From the NCBI GenBank assembly GCA_046483985.1, contig JAWOCD010000039.1, positions 1 to 64,000 on the forward strand: a stretch of DNA of 64,000 bases, in the 5' to 3' direction. Source of the stretch: Promethearchaeia archaeon. GTDB lineage: Archaea; Asgardarchaeota; Lokiarchaeia; Sigyniarchaeales; SOKP01. Positions 49,889 to 58,531 of this stretch are shown here, piece after piece (position 1 is the first letter of the stretch; each line of letters starts with the position of its first letter). Below the pieces are notes generated by a model. It made no database searches and was not told the DNA's origin. It saw only the letters and a program-made list of their open reading frames with translations. Both the position numbers and the translations under genes were made by a program.

Positions 49889-50869
49889 TTAATTGTTTTT
49901 CGTTGAATTTGAAATTTTTTGTTTATATTGGCTGAAGAAAGTTTCAAGGTCTATATTTCCTCCACTAATGATAACGCCAATTTTTTTTCCTTCAATATTA
50001 ATTTGCTGGGATAAAACCCCGGCGAGCGAACACGCACCAGAAGGTTCCACCACTAATTTCATACGTTGCCAAATAAAGCGCATTGCCTCTAAAATTTGGC
50101 GTTCTGAGACCGTAATGATATCATCCACGTTGTTACTTATGATCTCAAAGGTTCTTTTGCTCAAGTTGGTCAGTAGACCATCTGCAATCGAATTAATCGT
50201 TTTATTTTTCTTAAGGTTTCCGGATTTAAATGATCGGTATGCATCATTCACGTTTTCTGGTTCTACCCCGTACACTTTTATTTCCGGATTAAATCCCTTT
50301 GTCGCAATGGACGTTCCGCTTAATAGTCCTCCCCCCCCAACGGGAGCAAAAACCATATCTACTCCATAAATTTCATTTAACAGTTCGAGAGCAGCCGTAC
50401 CTGCCCCAGCAATAATATCTTCATTATCGTACGGATGAATAAGTGTATATCCATGCTCTTTAATCAAACTTTCTGTGGTCTCATATCGTGCTTTCATGGT
50501 ATTCTTGCATTCTACCACTTTGCCCCCATAGGTATCTCTAGAGGCTTCAACCTTGACTCTCGGCGATGTTTCAGGCATTACAATGGTTGCTTTTATCCCC
50601 AATAATTTTGCGGATAAAGCAACTGCCTGAGCGTGATTACCGCTCGAATGGGCGATTACCCCTCTTGACTTTTGTTCCTCATCTAATTGGGAAATGGCGT
50701 TAAATGCGCCCCGCATTTTAAACGCCCCCACTCTCTGTAGATTTTCGCATTTTAAGAATATTTCCGCGCCCGTCTTTTCATTTAGTGTTCGGGAGGTTAA
50801 AACAGGAGTTTTATTTATTGCCTCTTCTATTCTTTCATGAGCTTTTAATACATCAGAATATTCTGGCAA
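49889..50869 (-). CDS. PLP-dependent serine/threonine dehydratase (serine racemase-like)
   Basis: KCENLQRVGAFKMRGA, SSGNHAQ, VGGGGL, VEPSGA, SGGN. Confidence 0.9.
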   Translation of the reverse strand: MPEYSDVLKAHERIEEAINKTPVLTSRTLNEKTGAEIFLKCENLQRVGAFKMRGAFNAISQLDEEQKSRGVIAHSSGNHAQAVALSAKLLGIKATIVMPETSPRVKVEASRDTYGGKVVECKNTMKARYETTESLIKEHGYTLIHPYDNEDIIAGAGTAALELLNEIYGVDMVFAPVGGGGLLSGTSIATKGFNPEIKVYGVEPENVNDAYRSFKSGNLKKNKTINSIADGLLTNLSKRTFEIISNNVDDIITVSERQILEAMRFIWQRMKLVVEPSGACSLAGVLSQQINIEGKKIGVIISGGNIDLETFFSQYKQKISNSTKNN

Positions 50870-50987
50870 TTTATTACATCACTTCTGCTATCTTAAATCA
50901 GATTAATTAATGTATGTAAAAGATAACAAATTAAATTAATTCTCATCCCCTTAATTAATATACATTACCCTCGATCACCGAAAAATT

Positions 50988-51367
50988 ATGAAATATTGCG
51001 AAGAATGTGGTGCCAAATTAGGGAAAAATTGGAACTATTGCCATAATTGCGGTGTCCCCATAAGGGATTTTGATAAAAACGAGGATAAAGCTGCTGACTC
51101 TCTAAAGGGCTCAAAAAAGCGCTCTACAGAAGATATATTAGATACTTTAGATGTATTTTATTAATTATTGGAGTATTTACATTACTTATTTTTTATAATT
51201 TCTTCATAGAATGGTTCGATATTATCAGCATTGTTGTTATCGCCATCATTATTTTATCTTGCATCGGTCGGGTTATATATGCTCTTATCGGAGAGTTAAT
51301 CGTGAAACTAAGAAAGAAAGAAAAATCAAAACCCAAGGATGATAAAACTTTTGATAATCGAGGATAA
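50988..51367 (+). pseudogene. Zinc-ribbon plus 2-TM membrane protein interrupted by a 1-nt frameshift
   Basis: MKYCEECG..YCHNCG reads to TAA 51162-51164. One extra T in the TTTT run at ~51156 would continue into LLIIGVFTLLIF..IVVIAIIILSC..* ending at 51367. Confidence 0.65.
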
Positions 51368-51378
51368 AACCAAGATTC

Positions 51379-52122
51379 TTATTTTTTGAAAGAGAGAATC
51401 CCTCCGAATTCATGAATTCTGGCACCAGCGGGGCTCTCTTCGGGAAGTATTTTTGTGACTATCCCCTTATTTTCTGCGATTTGTTTTAAACGATAAACTC
51501 GTCCCTTCTGTTTGTTTTCGTTCAAAAATTTATCCGTCATTATCAAATAATCGACCTTATCTGAAACTGAGTCGTCTTTCTTTCCTCCCATATATATCAA
51601 TTTCTCAATTTCCTTAAGTCCATAGAAAACTTTTTGCTTTTCGTCCTCTGTATTGAGAATTCTCTCTAATTGTGTCATCAATAAATCGCTTTCCCTTAAC
51701 GTGATTGATTTCATCACTTTTGAGGTCTTTTCTTGTTCCAAGAGCCACCGAACTTTCTTAGAAGTAGATGCTTTTCCTGTAATTTGTCCGAAACTAACTT
51801 GATTTTTCTTTTTGGATCGGATTAGCCAGCGATGATGCTTTTCTACGTGGTCGAGGAACCTTGAGCTATAATCTTTTTTGGGGAGATCAACTAAAAGGAT
51901 ACTTTTCACACCTTCATGAATTAAAGGTCTTAAGACATTAATAATATCTTCATGATAGTGGTATTCTTGTTTCTCGTTACAATTTTTCCATTTTCGTGGT
52001 AATTCTAGTCTTTTATGAAGTTTAACCCGTTGACTATATACCTGCCAAAAATGTATCGTTTGCTGACTAAATCCGACTAATACTGCGACGGAATAGCCGC
52101 GTTTTTTCCTTCTTCTTCCCAT
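51379..52122 (-). CDS. Pelota/eRF1 domain 2-3 protein lacking the N-terminal domain
   Basis: VFYGLKEIE, VDYLIMTD..AENKG..ESPAGARIHEFGGI match eRF1_3/Pelota. Start refined to ATG 52122 (MGRRRKKR). Confidence 0.75.
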   Translation of the reverse strand: MGRRRKKRGYSVAVLVGFSQQTIHFWQVYSQRVKLHKRLELPRKWKNCNEKQEYHYHEDIINVLRPLIHEGVKSILLVDLPKKDYSSRFLDHVEKHHRWLIRSKKKNQVSFGQITGKASTSKKVRWLLEQEKTSKVMKSITLRESDLLMTQLERILNTEDEKQKVFYGLKEIEKLIYMGGKKDDSVSDKVDYLIMTDKFLNENKQKGRVYRLKQIAENKGIVTKILPEESPAGARIHEFGGILSFKK

Positions 52123-52308
52123 TATATCTCCCGTATTTAATAAAAAGTATAGACCTTTTTTTTCTTTCCTATTTACTAAAAAAACTGACTCCATTAATAG
52201 TTTGAACACAATAAAGATTATTACAAAAGATGCTCCCCAGCAATAAGATATAATTTAATAAGATTTAGAAAAAATAATAGGAAATTTAACTTTTAAAAAA
52301 TCTCTAAT

Positions 52309-52965
52309 TTACTTTTTTATGCTATTTAGTTTTCCCTCTTCTTTCTCAAGAGCCTTTTTGGGAAATAACCGCTCTTTTAACTTCGCTGTTCCCGTATCGG
52401 GATTATATTCAAGTAATCCAGCTCGATCAAGTTCTTGGATAGAATGTAAGATATACGCTCCCCCAATTCCTAAGGTATTTTTTAATTCTTCCCTTGACAT
52501 TTCTTCTTTATCTCCATGAAGCGTATACAAAATACGATAATGCGGTTGTCCTTGCCATATTTCGGAAACTAAGACCGTATAGATTGAAAGCAGTGCCCGG
52601 ATCCGTTCAAAATCGTACTCGGATTCTTCCGCTTGCGCAGCCACTTCCATGAATTTTTTAAGCTCGACCTTAACTTTTTTATATTCTTCAAGGAGTTCTT
52701 GCTGTTCCTCCGACATTTTTCCAATTTTTTGATCTTGTTTCTTTTTTTCTTTTTCAAGTTGCTTTGTTTCTTTAATTAATTTTTCTTTCTCGCTTTCCAA
52801 ATGGTCTCGTTCTTGTTCCAATTTTAGCTTTTCTTGCTCAACTTGCTTTTTATCTCCCTCTAACTTCTTTAATTCCTTTTTGGCCCTTTTTAGAAGACCC
52901 CCGATTCTCTCCACGGCCTCAATAGTTTGATCCATTATCTGAAGTGTATCTTTATCTTCATTCAT
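52309..52965 (-). CDS. Long coiled-coil plus C-terminal winged-helix protein
   Basis: Heptad K/E-rich ~110 aa, then HYRILYTLH..MSREELKNTLG..IQELDRAGLLEY. Confidence 0.7.
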   Translation of the reverse strand: MNEDKDTLQIMDQTIEAVERIGGLLKRAKKELKKLEGDKKQVEQEKLKLEQERDHLESEKEKLIKETKQLEKEKKKQDQKIGKMSEEQQELLEEYKKVKVELKKFMEVAAQAEESEYDFERIRALLSIYTVLVSEIWQGQPHYRILYTLHGDKEEMSREELKNTLGIGGAYILHSIQELDRAGLLEYNPDTGTAKLKERLFPKKALEKEEGKLNSIKK

Positions 52966-53143
52966 AAAGATTTCACGTAATTTAAATTATAGTTAGATTA
53001 AGCTTTCTTTTTTTCTCAATTTAAATTTTTATCTTTCCAAAACTTTTTCAGAATTTCTATATAATTAAGAATATCTATTTAAGATTAGACATAGAGCTTT
53101 AATTGATAAGATTAGCAATTGAAAGTACAATTCATGATTTTCT

Positions 53144-54565
53144 ATGACAGAACGGATTGAAACAGAAAAAGATGAAATGCTCGAGAAAGAAGAATTACGG
53201 ACCTTGGAAGGAGCACAGCTTGTAGGGTATAGCTCTGGTGTCCTAGGCCAAATCATCCCGGCAACGCTTATAAATTCTTATATTTTTATTTTCTTTACAT
53301 ACGTTGTGGGTCTTAATGCTTTATTAACTTCCATAGGCACCGCTTTAGCGGCGGTTGCGAATGCCCTTGGTGCCCCCATTTTTGGGTATCTAATTGACAA
53401 AAAGGAACCAGGAAAATTCGGAAAACGCAGACCTTTTTTATTGCTTTGTTTGCCATTTATATGTATTTCTTTAATCTTGCTTTGGTATAGTCCTCTAGCA
53501 GAGACATTTGCAGCAATGAATTGGGGAATAGCAATATATCTTTGGGTTTTATTAATTGTTTTCTTCGCCAGTTATGCCATGCTACGTTCCTCTTATATGT
53601 CAATGCAGCCGGAGCAAAGCCAAGTGGAGGAAAATAGAATTAAAATTGGCTCTATGATCGGTATATTCAGTTTAATTGGAACCGTATTGGGCATATTCCT
53701 TCCGTTGATTCTACAGAGTCAACTTGAGAATCCCAATAATATTTTTAGTACCCCGGCGGATAGGAAATTTTTGTTAAATGCATTACCATTTCTTGGTTGG
53801 TTTTTTGCATTTTTAGCAATAATTTTCACGTTAGGAGCTTTTTTTTCGACAAACGAAGATTTTTTGCACGATATGCCCAAGAGTGAAATATCTCAATCTC
53901 AAACCTCTTTTAAAGATGTCATATTGAATATTGGTCGTCCCTTTCAAGATAGAAACTTCTGCTTCTTTTTGTTAAGTATTTTACTGAGTTCTGTCGGGGT
54001 CCGGTTGCTTTTAAAGGATTTGACCTTATACTTGACTTTCGTGCTCTATTTAAAGGAGTCTAGGTTTATAACTTTTATTTTGCCAATGGTCTTATTTGCG
54101 GTTTTAGGCTTTATTGTCTGGTCAAAAAGAGCCCAAGATAAAGGGATTAAGTCAGCTTATTTGAACGCACAATGGTTAGTAGTACTTGCCTTATTTTTAA
54201 CAACATTTCTATTGATTGATGTTTCTCAAATGCTGCTCCTTTGGCTGGCTCGCATTTTCTTGGCAATTCTATTGTTTGGTTTAGTGGTCGGTTTTATACT
54301 TCCCACCCCAGCGATAAGTGAATTGGTAGACGAAGCTCCCGAGAATATATTAACAAAAATGAAAGCAGATTCCTTATCTGGATCATACTTTGGCACATAT
54401 TTTTTTATTATTAATGTGGGCTTTGCATTGGGTGATTTGATTTTGGGAGCGATTTTATTCGGACCACGGGCAGAAAATCGCATAGCAGTTGGCCTGATTC
54501 TTCCTATCGCTGGATTTCTCTATTTGGGTGCTAATTTACTCTTTCGCAAAATTAAGTTCAAATAA
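53144..54565 (+). CDS. MFS transporter, GPH/MelB-like
   Basis: PIFGYLID..FGKRRPFL; about 12 TM. Confidence 0.85.
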   Translation: MTERIETEKDEMLEKEELRTLEGAQLVGYSSGVLGQIIPATLINSYIFIFFTYVVGLNALLTSIGTALAAVANALGAPIFGYLIDKKEPGKFGKRRPFLLLCLPFICISLILLWYSPLAETFAAMNWGIAIYLWVLLIVFFASYAMLRSSYMSMQPEQSQVEENRIKIGSMIGIFSLIGTVLGIFLPLILQSQLENPNNIFSTPADRKFLLNALPFLGWFFAFLAIIFTLGAFFSTNEDFLHDMPKSEISQSQTSFKDVILNIGRPFQDRNFCFFLLSILLSSVGVRLLLKDLTLYLTFVLYLKESRFITFILPMVLFAVLGFIVWSKRAQDKGIKSAYLNAQWLVVLALFLTTFLLIDVSQMLLLWLARIFLAILLFGLVVGFILPTPAISELVDEAPENILTKMKADSLSGSYFGTYFFIINVGFALGDLILGAILFGPRAENRIAVGLILPIAGFLYLGANLLFRKIKFK

Positions 54566-54582
54566 AGTTTGCACGATATACT

Positions 54583-55761
54583 ATGAGAGTTATATCGAAA
54601 GTAAAGGACGGATTAATCTCGCCCTATATTCTCGCTTTCATCGGCGATCTCAATCTTTCTATGATGCAAGTACTAACTATACTTTATGGGGTGATTTTAG
54701 GCGCCTTCCCGTGGCAAAATGGCTTTATTGGAGGGGGATATGGACTCTCTTATTTAATAATGGCCGCTCTTTTGGGACGATTGGGAGATAAAATAAAACG
54801 AAAAAATAGTCTTCTTCTTGCTTTAATTAGTCAACTATTGATATCGCTTTATTATATCTTCATAGCATCTACTATAATTGAATTAATTCTCGGTCAAATT
54901 GCCTTAGGATGTGCCTATGGTTTTTTTTGGCCTTCTCTTGAAGCATATATCTCGGAAAGATCTACAGAGTCTCCCGTGGTACATCAAAAAGCAATCTCTA
55001 ATTTTTGCATTTTTTGGTCTATTGGATATACCTTGGGCCCCTTCCTTGCGGGATTTCTTTCGGATTTTAACGTGGAGATTGGATTTATTATGATTTTTCT
55101 ATTTTATCTTACAGCTTTCATTATTTTATTACTTTTTATCCCCTCCGAGAAAAATAATTTGAATCTCTTAGCAAAAAGCCATGAAGGCGAGATTTTCGAT
55201 GGAAAAAAGAAAGCATTTTCGGATAGTAATCTTGTTATCAAACTTCTAATCGGAATGCTTATTTATGCTATGTTGGGAAAACTCGTATTGAATTATTTTG
55301 CAGATTATGCATCTCGACCGTTGGGTCTTGGCTTAAAAGGAGCAATTGTAGGGGTTTTATTATTTTCATTTGGCATTGGGAGAACATTCTACTTTATTTT
55401 AAGCAGGTATGTGAACTCTTCCTTAAAAAGGCTTAATGTAGCCTATTTAGTAATTTCCCTTTTATTAATTTTCTTGGCGTTTGTGGATGTAGTTGGAATA
55501 ATTTTTGTAATTATACTCATTTTTGGAGTTTGTGCTGGGTTAATATATAAATCTTCTTTAGAGATCCTGTTGGTCTCCGAAGAAGAAAAAAAAGCTACGA
55601 AAGCGGGGCTTTTTGAAAGCATGATCGGTATTGGCAGTGGGCTTTCCCCTATTATTGCCGGTTATTTGGCAGAAATAGCTCTTATTTTTCCCTTTTTCAT
55701 TTTTGGTATAGTAGCTTCCTTAATTTTTTTCATTAACTTGTTTTTTAAGAACTTTCGATAG
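54583..55761 (+). CDS. MFS transporter
   Basis: GRLGDKIKRK, GFFWP, GPFLAG; about 12 TM. Confidence 0.85.
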   Translation: MRVISKVKDGLISPYILAFIGDLNLSMMQVLTILYGVILGAFPWQNGFIGGGYGLSYLIMAALLGRLGDKIKRKNSLLLALISQLLISLYYIFIASTIIELILGQIALGCAYGFFWPSLEAYISERSTESPVVHQKAISNFCIFWSIGYTLGPFLAGFLSDFNVEIGFIMIFLFYLTAFIILLLFIPSEKNNLNLLAKSHEGEIFDGKKKAFSDSNLVIKLLIGMLIYAMLGKLVLNYFADYASRPLGLGLKGAIVGVLLFSFGIGRTFYFILSRYVNSSLKRLNVAYLVISLLLIFLAFVDVVGIIFVIILIFGVCAGLIYKSSLEILLVSEEEKKATKAGLFESMIGIGSGLSPIIAGYLAEIALIFPFFIFGIVASLIFFINLFFKNFR

Positions 55762-55899
55762 ATCAAGTCCAAAATTAATTTTTAGTTATATAAAATATAC
55801 CTAAAATTTCTCTAAAAGATTGATGAAAAGATATAAATAAGAAAGTTAGTTTTTTTTATGTAGTTATTTTAATCTTTTTTAAAGAAATCATAATGTTTA

Positions 55900-56568
55900 T
55901 TGGGGGCTTCTAAGTATATGTTAATCAAATTGCTTTATTGGGGCATGGTATCATCAGGAAAAACTACTGCGGTAGATACGCTTTATAATCTCACAAAAGA
56001 GGAGGAGGGAAAAGACATGTTTCCCGTTAGTGACCTAACAAAAATTTCAATGAAAAGTGGAGCAACACTTTATTTCGATCGTGGAGTTTTTCAATCACAT
56101 AAATTGGACAAATTAAAGTTTCATATTTATACTGTTGCTGGACAAAAGCAATTCTCCCCTTTGCGCCATAGAGTCTTTAAAGGAACAGAGGGAGTTATTT
56201 ATATGGTTGATTCTCAAGTCCAAAAGTTTGAAGATAATATTGAGGCTTTGTTAGAATTAAAACGGGTCTCTAAAGGAAGACTTATTAAAGAAATACCGCT
56301 TGTGGTAATGTTAAACAAGCAAGACTTAGATGACGTAATAGAAAAACGCAATATTAGACATATCCTAAAAGAAGAGGGTTTATGGTACGAGCCAGATGAT
56401 CCCCTTGCCACCTGGAATCCCCCAATCTATGAGACATGCGCTCTTTTTGATAAACGAAAAAATATTTACCGAAGTTTTTCGGACCTCGCTCGACGTACTT
56501 ACCTTTACAAAACCTATGGAGAAGGAAAAGCCCCTACTAAAAAACCTAAAAAACCAATTATAGAATGA
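55900..56568 (+). CDS. MglA-like small GTPase
   Basis: KLLYWGMVSSGKTT, TLYFD, YTVAGQ, VDSQ, NKQDL. Confidence 0.85.
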   Translation: MGASKYMLIKLLYWGMVSSGKTTAVDTLYNLTKEEEGKDMFPVSDLTKISMKSGATLYFDRGVFQSHKLDKLKFHIYTVAGQKQFSPLRHRVFKGTEGVIYMVDSQVQKFEDNIEALLELKRVSKGRLIKEIPLVVMLNKQDLDDVIEKRNIRHILKEEGLWYEPDDPLATWNPPIYETCALFDKRKNIYRSFSDLARRTYLYKTYGEGKAPTKKPKKPIIE

Positions 56569-56651
56569 ATCCTTTCCATATCGGCAGAAAAAAATCCGTT
56601 TGTAAAATGTTTTTTTGAAATTTTATATATTTCTTTCTTTAAATTTAATAT

Positions 56652-58295
56652 ATGCGTATACGAACGCGAGATAATCTTAAAAAGAAGAATATCGCAATTA
56701 CTTGTCTGTTTTTACTTCCAATAATCGGTTTCGGAAGTTATGCGGGAATGGTTCTAACGATAGTTACAGATATTTCCTCTTACTCCCGAGATGATATGAA
56801 AGAACCCGATACGGATTTTTTTTTTGAAAAAGATGTAATTGACGAGGATATTTTAGAAGATTTAGTCCATCATTATGACTGGCAATTGGAAAAATATCAT
56901 ATGCCGGCAAATATCTCCGTAAATGCACATTTTGAAAGTCAAGCCTACAAAAATGTAACAAATTATGAGGGAACTGATAATGGGCAACTCCATATTGCAT
57001 ATTCCATAGCGGCAAATTGTTTACGATTTAAATGGGCTATGGAAAATAATAGGAATGATCTGATTGAGAATGCCACCCGCGTGTTAACAAAATTGGTAAC
57101 AGCCTTGAAAAACACCTTAGCCGCGCCGAATGGGGGTTTCGGAAAAAAGCCTGGAACAGATGAATATTATCCGGGTACATTGGCTCGATTTGTAGTACCT
57201 CCAGGATATCAAGATATTCATCCCTTTATGTATACTGATCACGTTCGCCATTTTAACGGCACTGGAGAATATAAAAACTGGAGAGTTCGATTAAAAACAT
57301 CCCGGGACGAATTAGGAGGCTTCTATTTATCGACCGCCAGTGTGTTAAACTTTATTATGCCTTATTCTGACTATAATGATGAATGTGAATGGATAGTGGA
57401 AACGGTAAAAACAGCAGTGGCTCAACTCATTGAAGGATTTCGAGATACCAATTGGCTTCTTTTGGGTGGGCATGGTGAACCTGTAGGGTCAGATATTAAT
57501 CCAGTCTTGGAAGGCAGTACATGGCAGTTAGCGTTATTACGAATAGGGGCAACAGCCTATCCAGAGCGGTATGAATCGCTTTATAATTATGTTGCTGCTA
57601 AGATACTGAGTATGGGAGGGGCAAATATGGGATCTGTGCATAATACCGTAGAGGGATACTATGCTTTTTCTTTCGGTTTAGATGTGATGCTCTCTCTCAT
57701 CTGGTTAGAAGACGATGCTCGACTTCGGTATCATTATATTTCGAATTATGAGAACAACTTTTATCCAATTGTACGCTATCATCGGAACAATTTCTTTAAC
57801 ATCGCTCATCTTATCTTCATGAAAATGTTGGATGAGGATCGAGCTGCAGAGTTTCAGAATCCTGACTACGAAGATGAAACTATACTGTGGGACTTTAAGG
57901 ATCAATTATGGCGATTTTACTCAAGTGGTTGGGCAGACGGAATAAGAAATTATAACCTCACCCAAAGACCGCATTCTACTCGTGCGACCAGTACCCATCC
58001 GAAGCTTAGAGAAAAGGTAAGAGATCCTGCAAAAAAGAAATGGCGAGAATTCTTTGAAACCAGTACTTTCGGGGAATTATTCTCTTGGATTGAGGTGGAG
58101 TTTGATTTTGACCAGGAATCTGAAAATTATATATTACCTCTTCGTGTAAGTGAATACGGAGTCCACCATTGGCTCTGGGAACATAATAAACTTGATGACG
58201 AAGGGGGAACACCTAACGGAGATGGATTAACGCAAGCTGCGCCAAACACCTATATATGCACCTATTGGATGGCAAAAGCGTACGGTCTTCTCTAA
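56652..58295 (+). CDS. Uncharacterised membrane-anchored protein, MRIRTR family paralog 3
   Basis: Same motif series as 42894 and 46206. Confidence 0.85.
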   Translation: MRIRTRDNLKKKNIAITCLFLLPIIGFGSYAGMVLTIVTDISSYSRDDMKEPDTDFFFEKDVIDEDILEDLVHHYDWQLEKYHMPANISVNAHFESQAYKNVTNYEGTDNGQLHIAYSIAANCLRFKWAMENNRNDLIENATRVLTKLVTALKNTLAAPNGGFGKKPGTDEYYPGTLARFVVPPGYQDIHPFMYTDHVRHFNGTGEYKNWRVRLKTSRDELGGFYLSTASVLNFIMPYSDYNDECEWIVETVKTAVAQLIEGFRDTNWLLLGGHGEPVGSDINPVLEGSTWQLALLRIGATAYPERYESLYNYVAAKILSMGGANMGSVHNTVEGYYAFSFGLDVMLSLIWLEDDARLRYHYISNYENNFYPIVRYHRNNFFNIAHLIFMKMLDEDRAAEFQNPDYEDETILWDFKDQLWRFYSSGWADGIRNYNLTQRPHSTRATSTHPKLREKVRDPAKKKWREFFETSTFGELFSWIEVEFDFDQESENYILPLRVSEYGVHHWLWEHNKLDDEGGTPNGDGLTQAAPNTYICTYWMAKAYGLL

Positions 58296-58531
58296 TTTTT
58301 CTCCTTTTTTTCTTTTATACTTTTAAATATGATATGGCTCCTATTTTCTCTCAATTTTAGACCAAAATCTTTTTTGTATGGATGCCTATTTTTGAATACC
58401 TTAAATACCTTAAATTATCGGAAAATACCTTATCCTTTAAAAATGAACTGGATGAAAGGAATAGTATTCAATTTATAGCGTTTTTGAATTTCTCAAATAT
58501 ATTAAAAAAAGAAAATTTGGAAAAATCTCTC

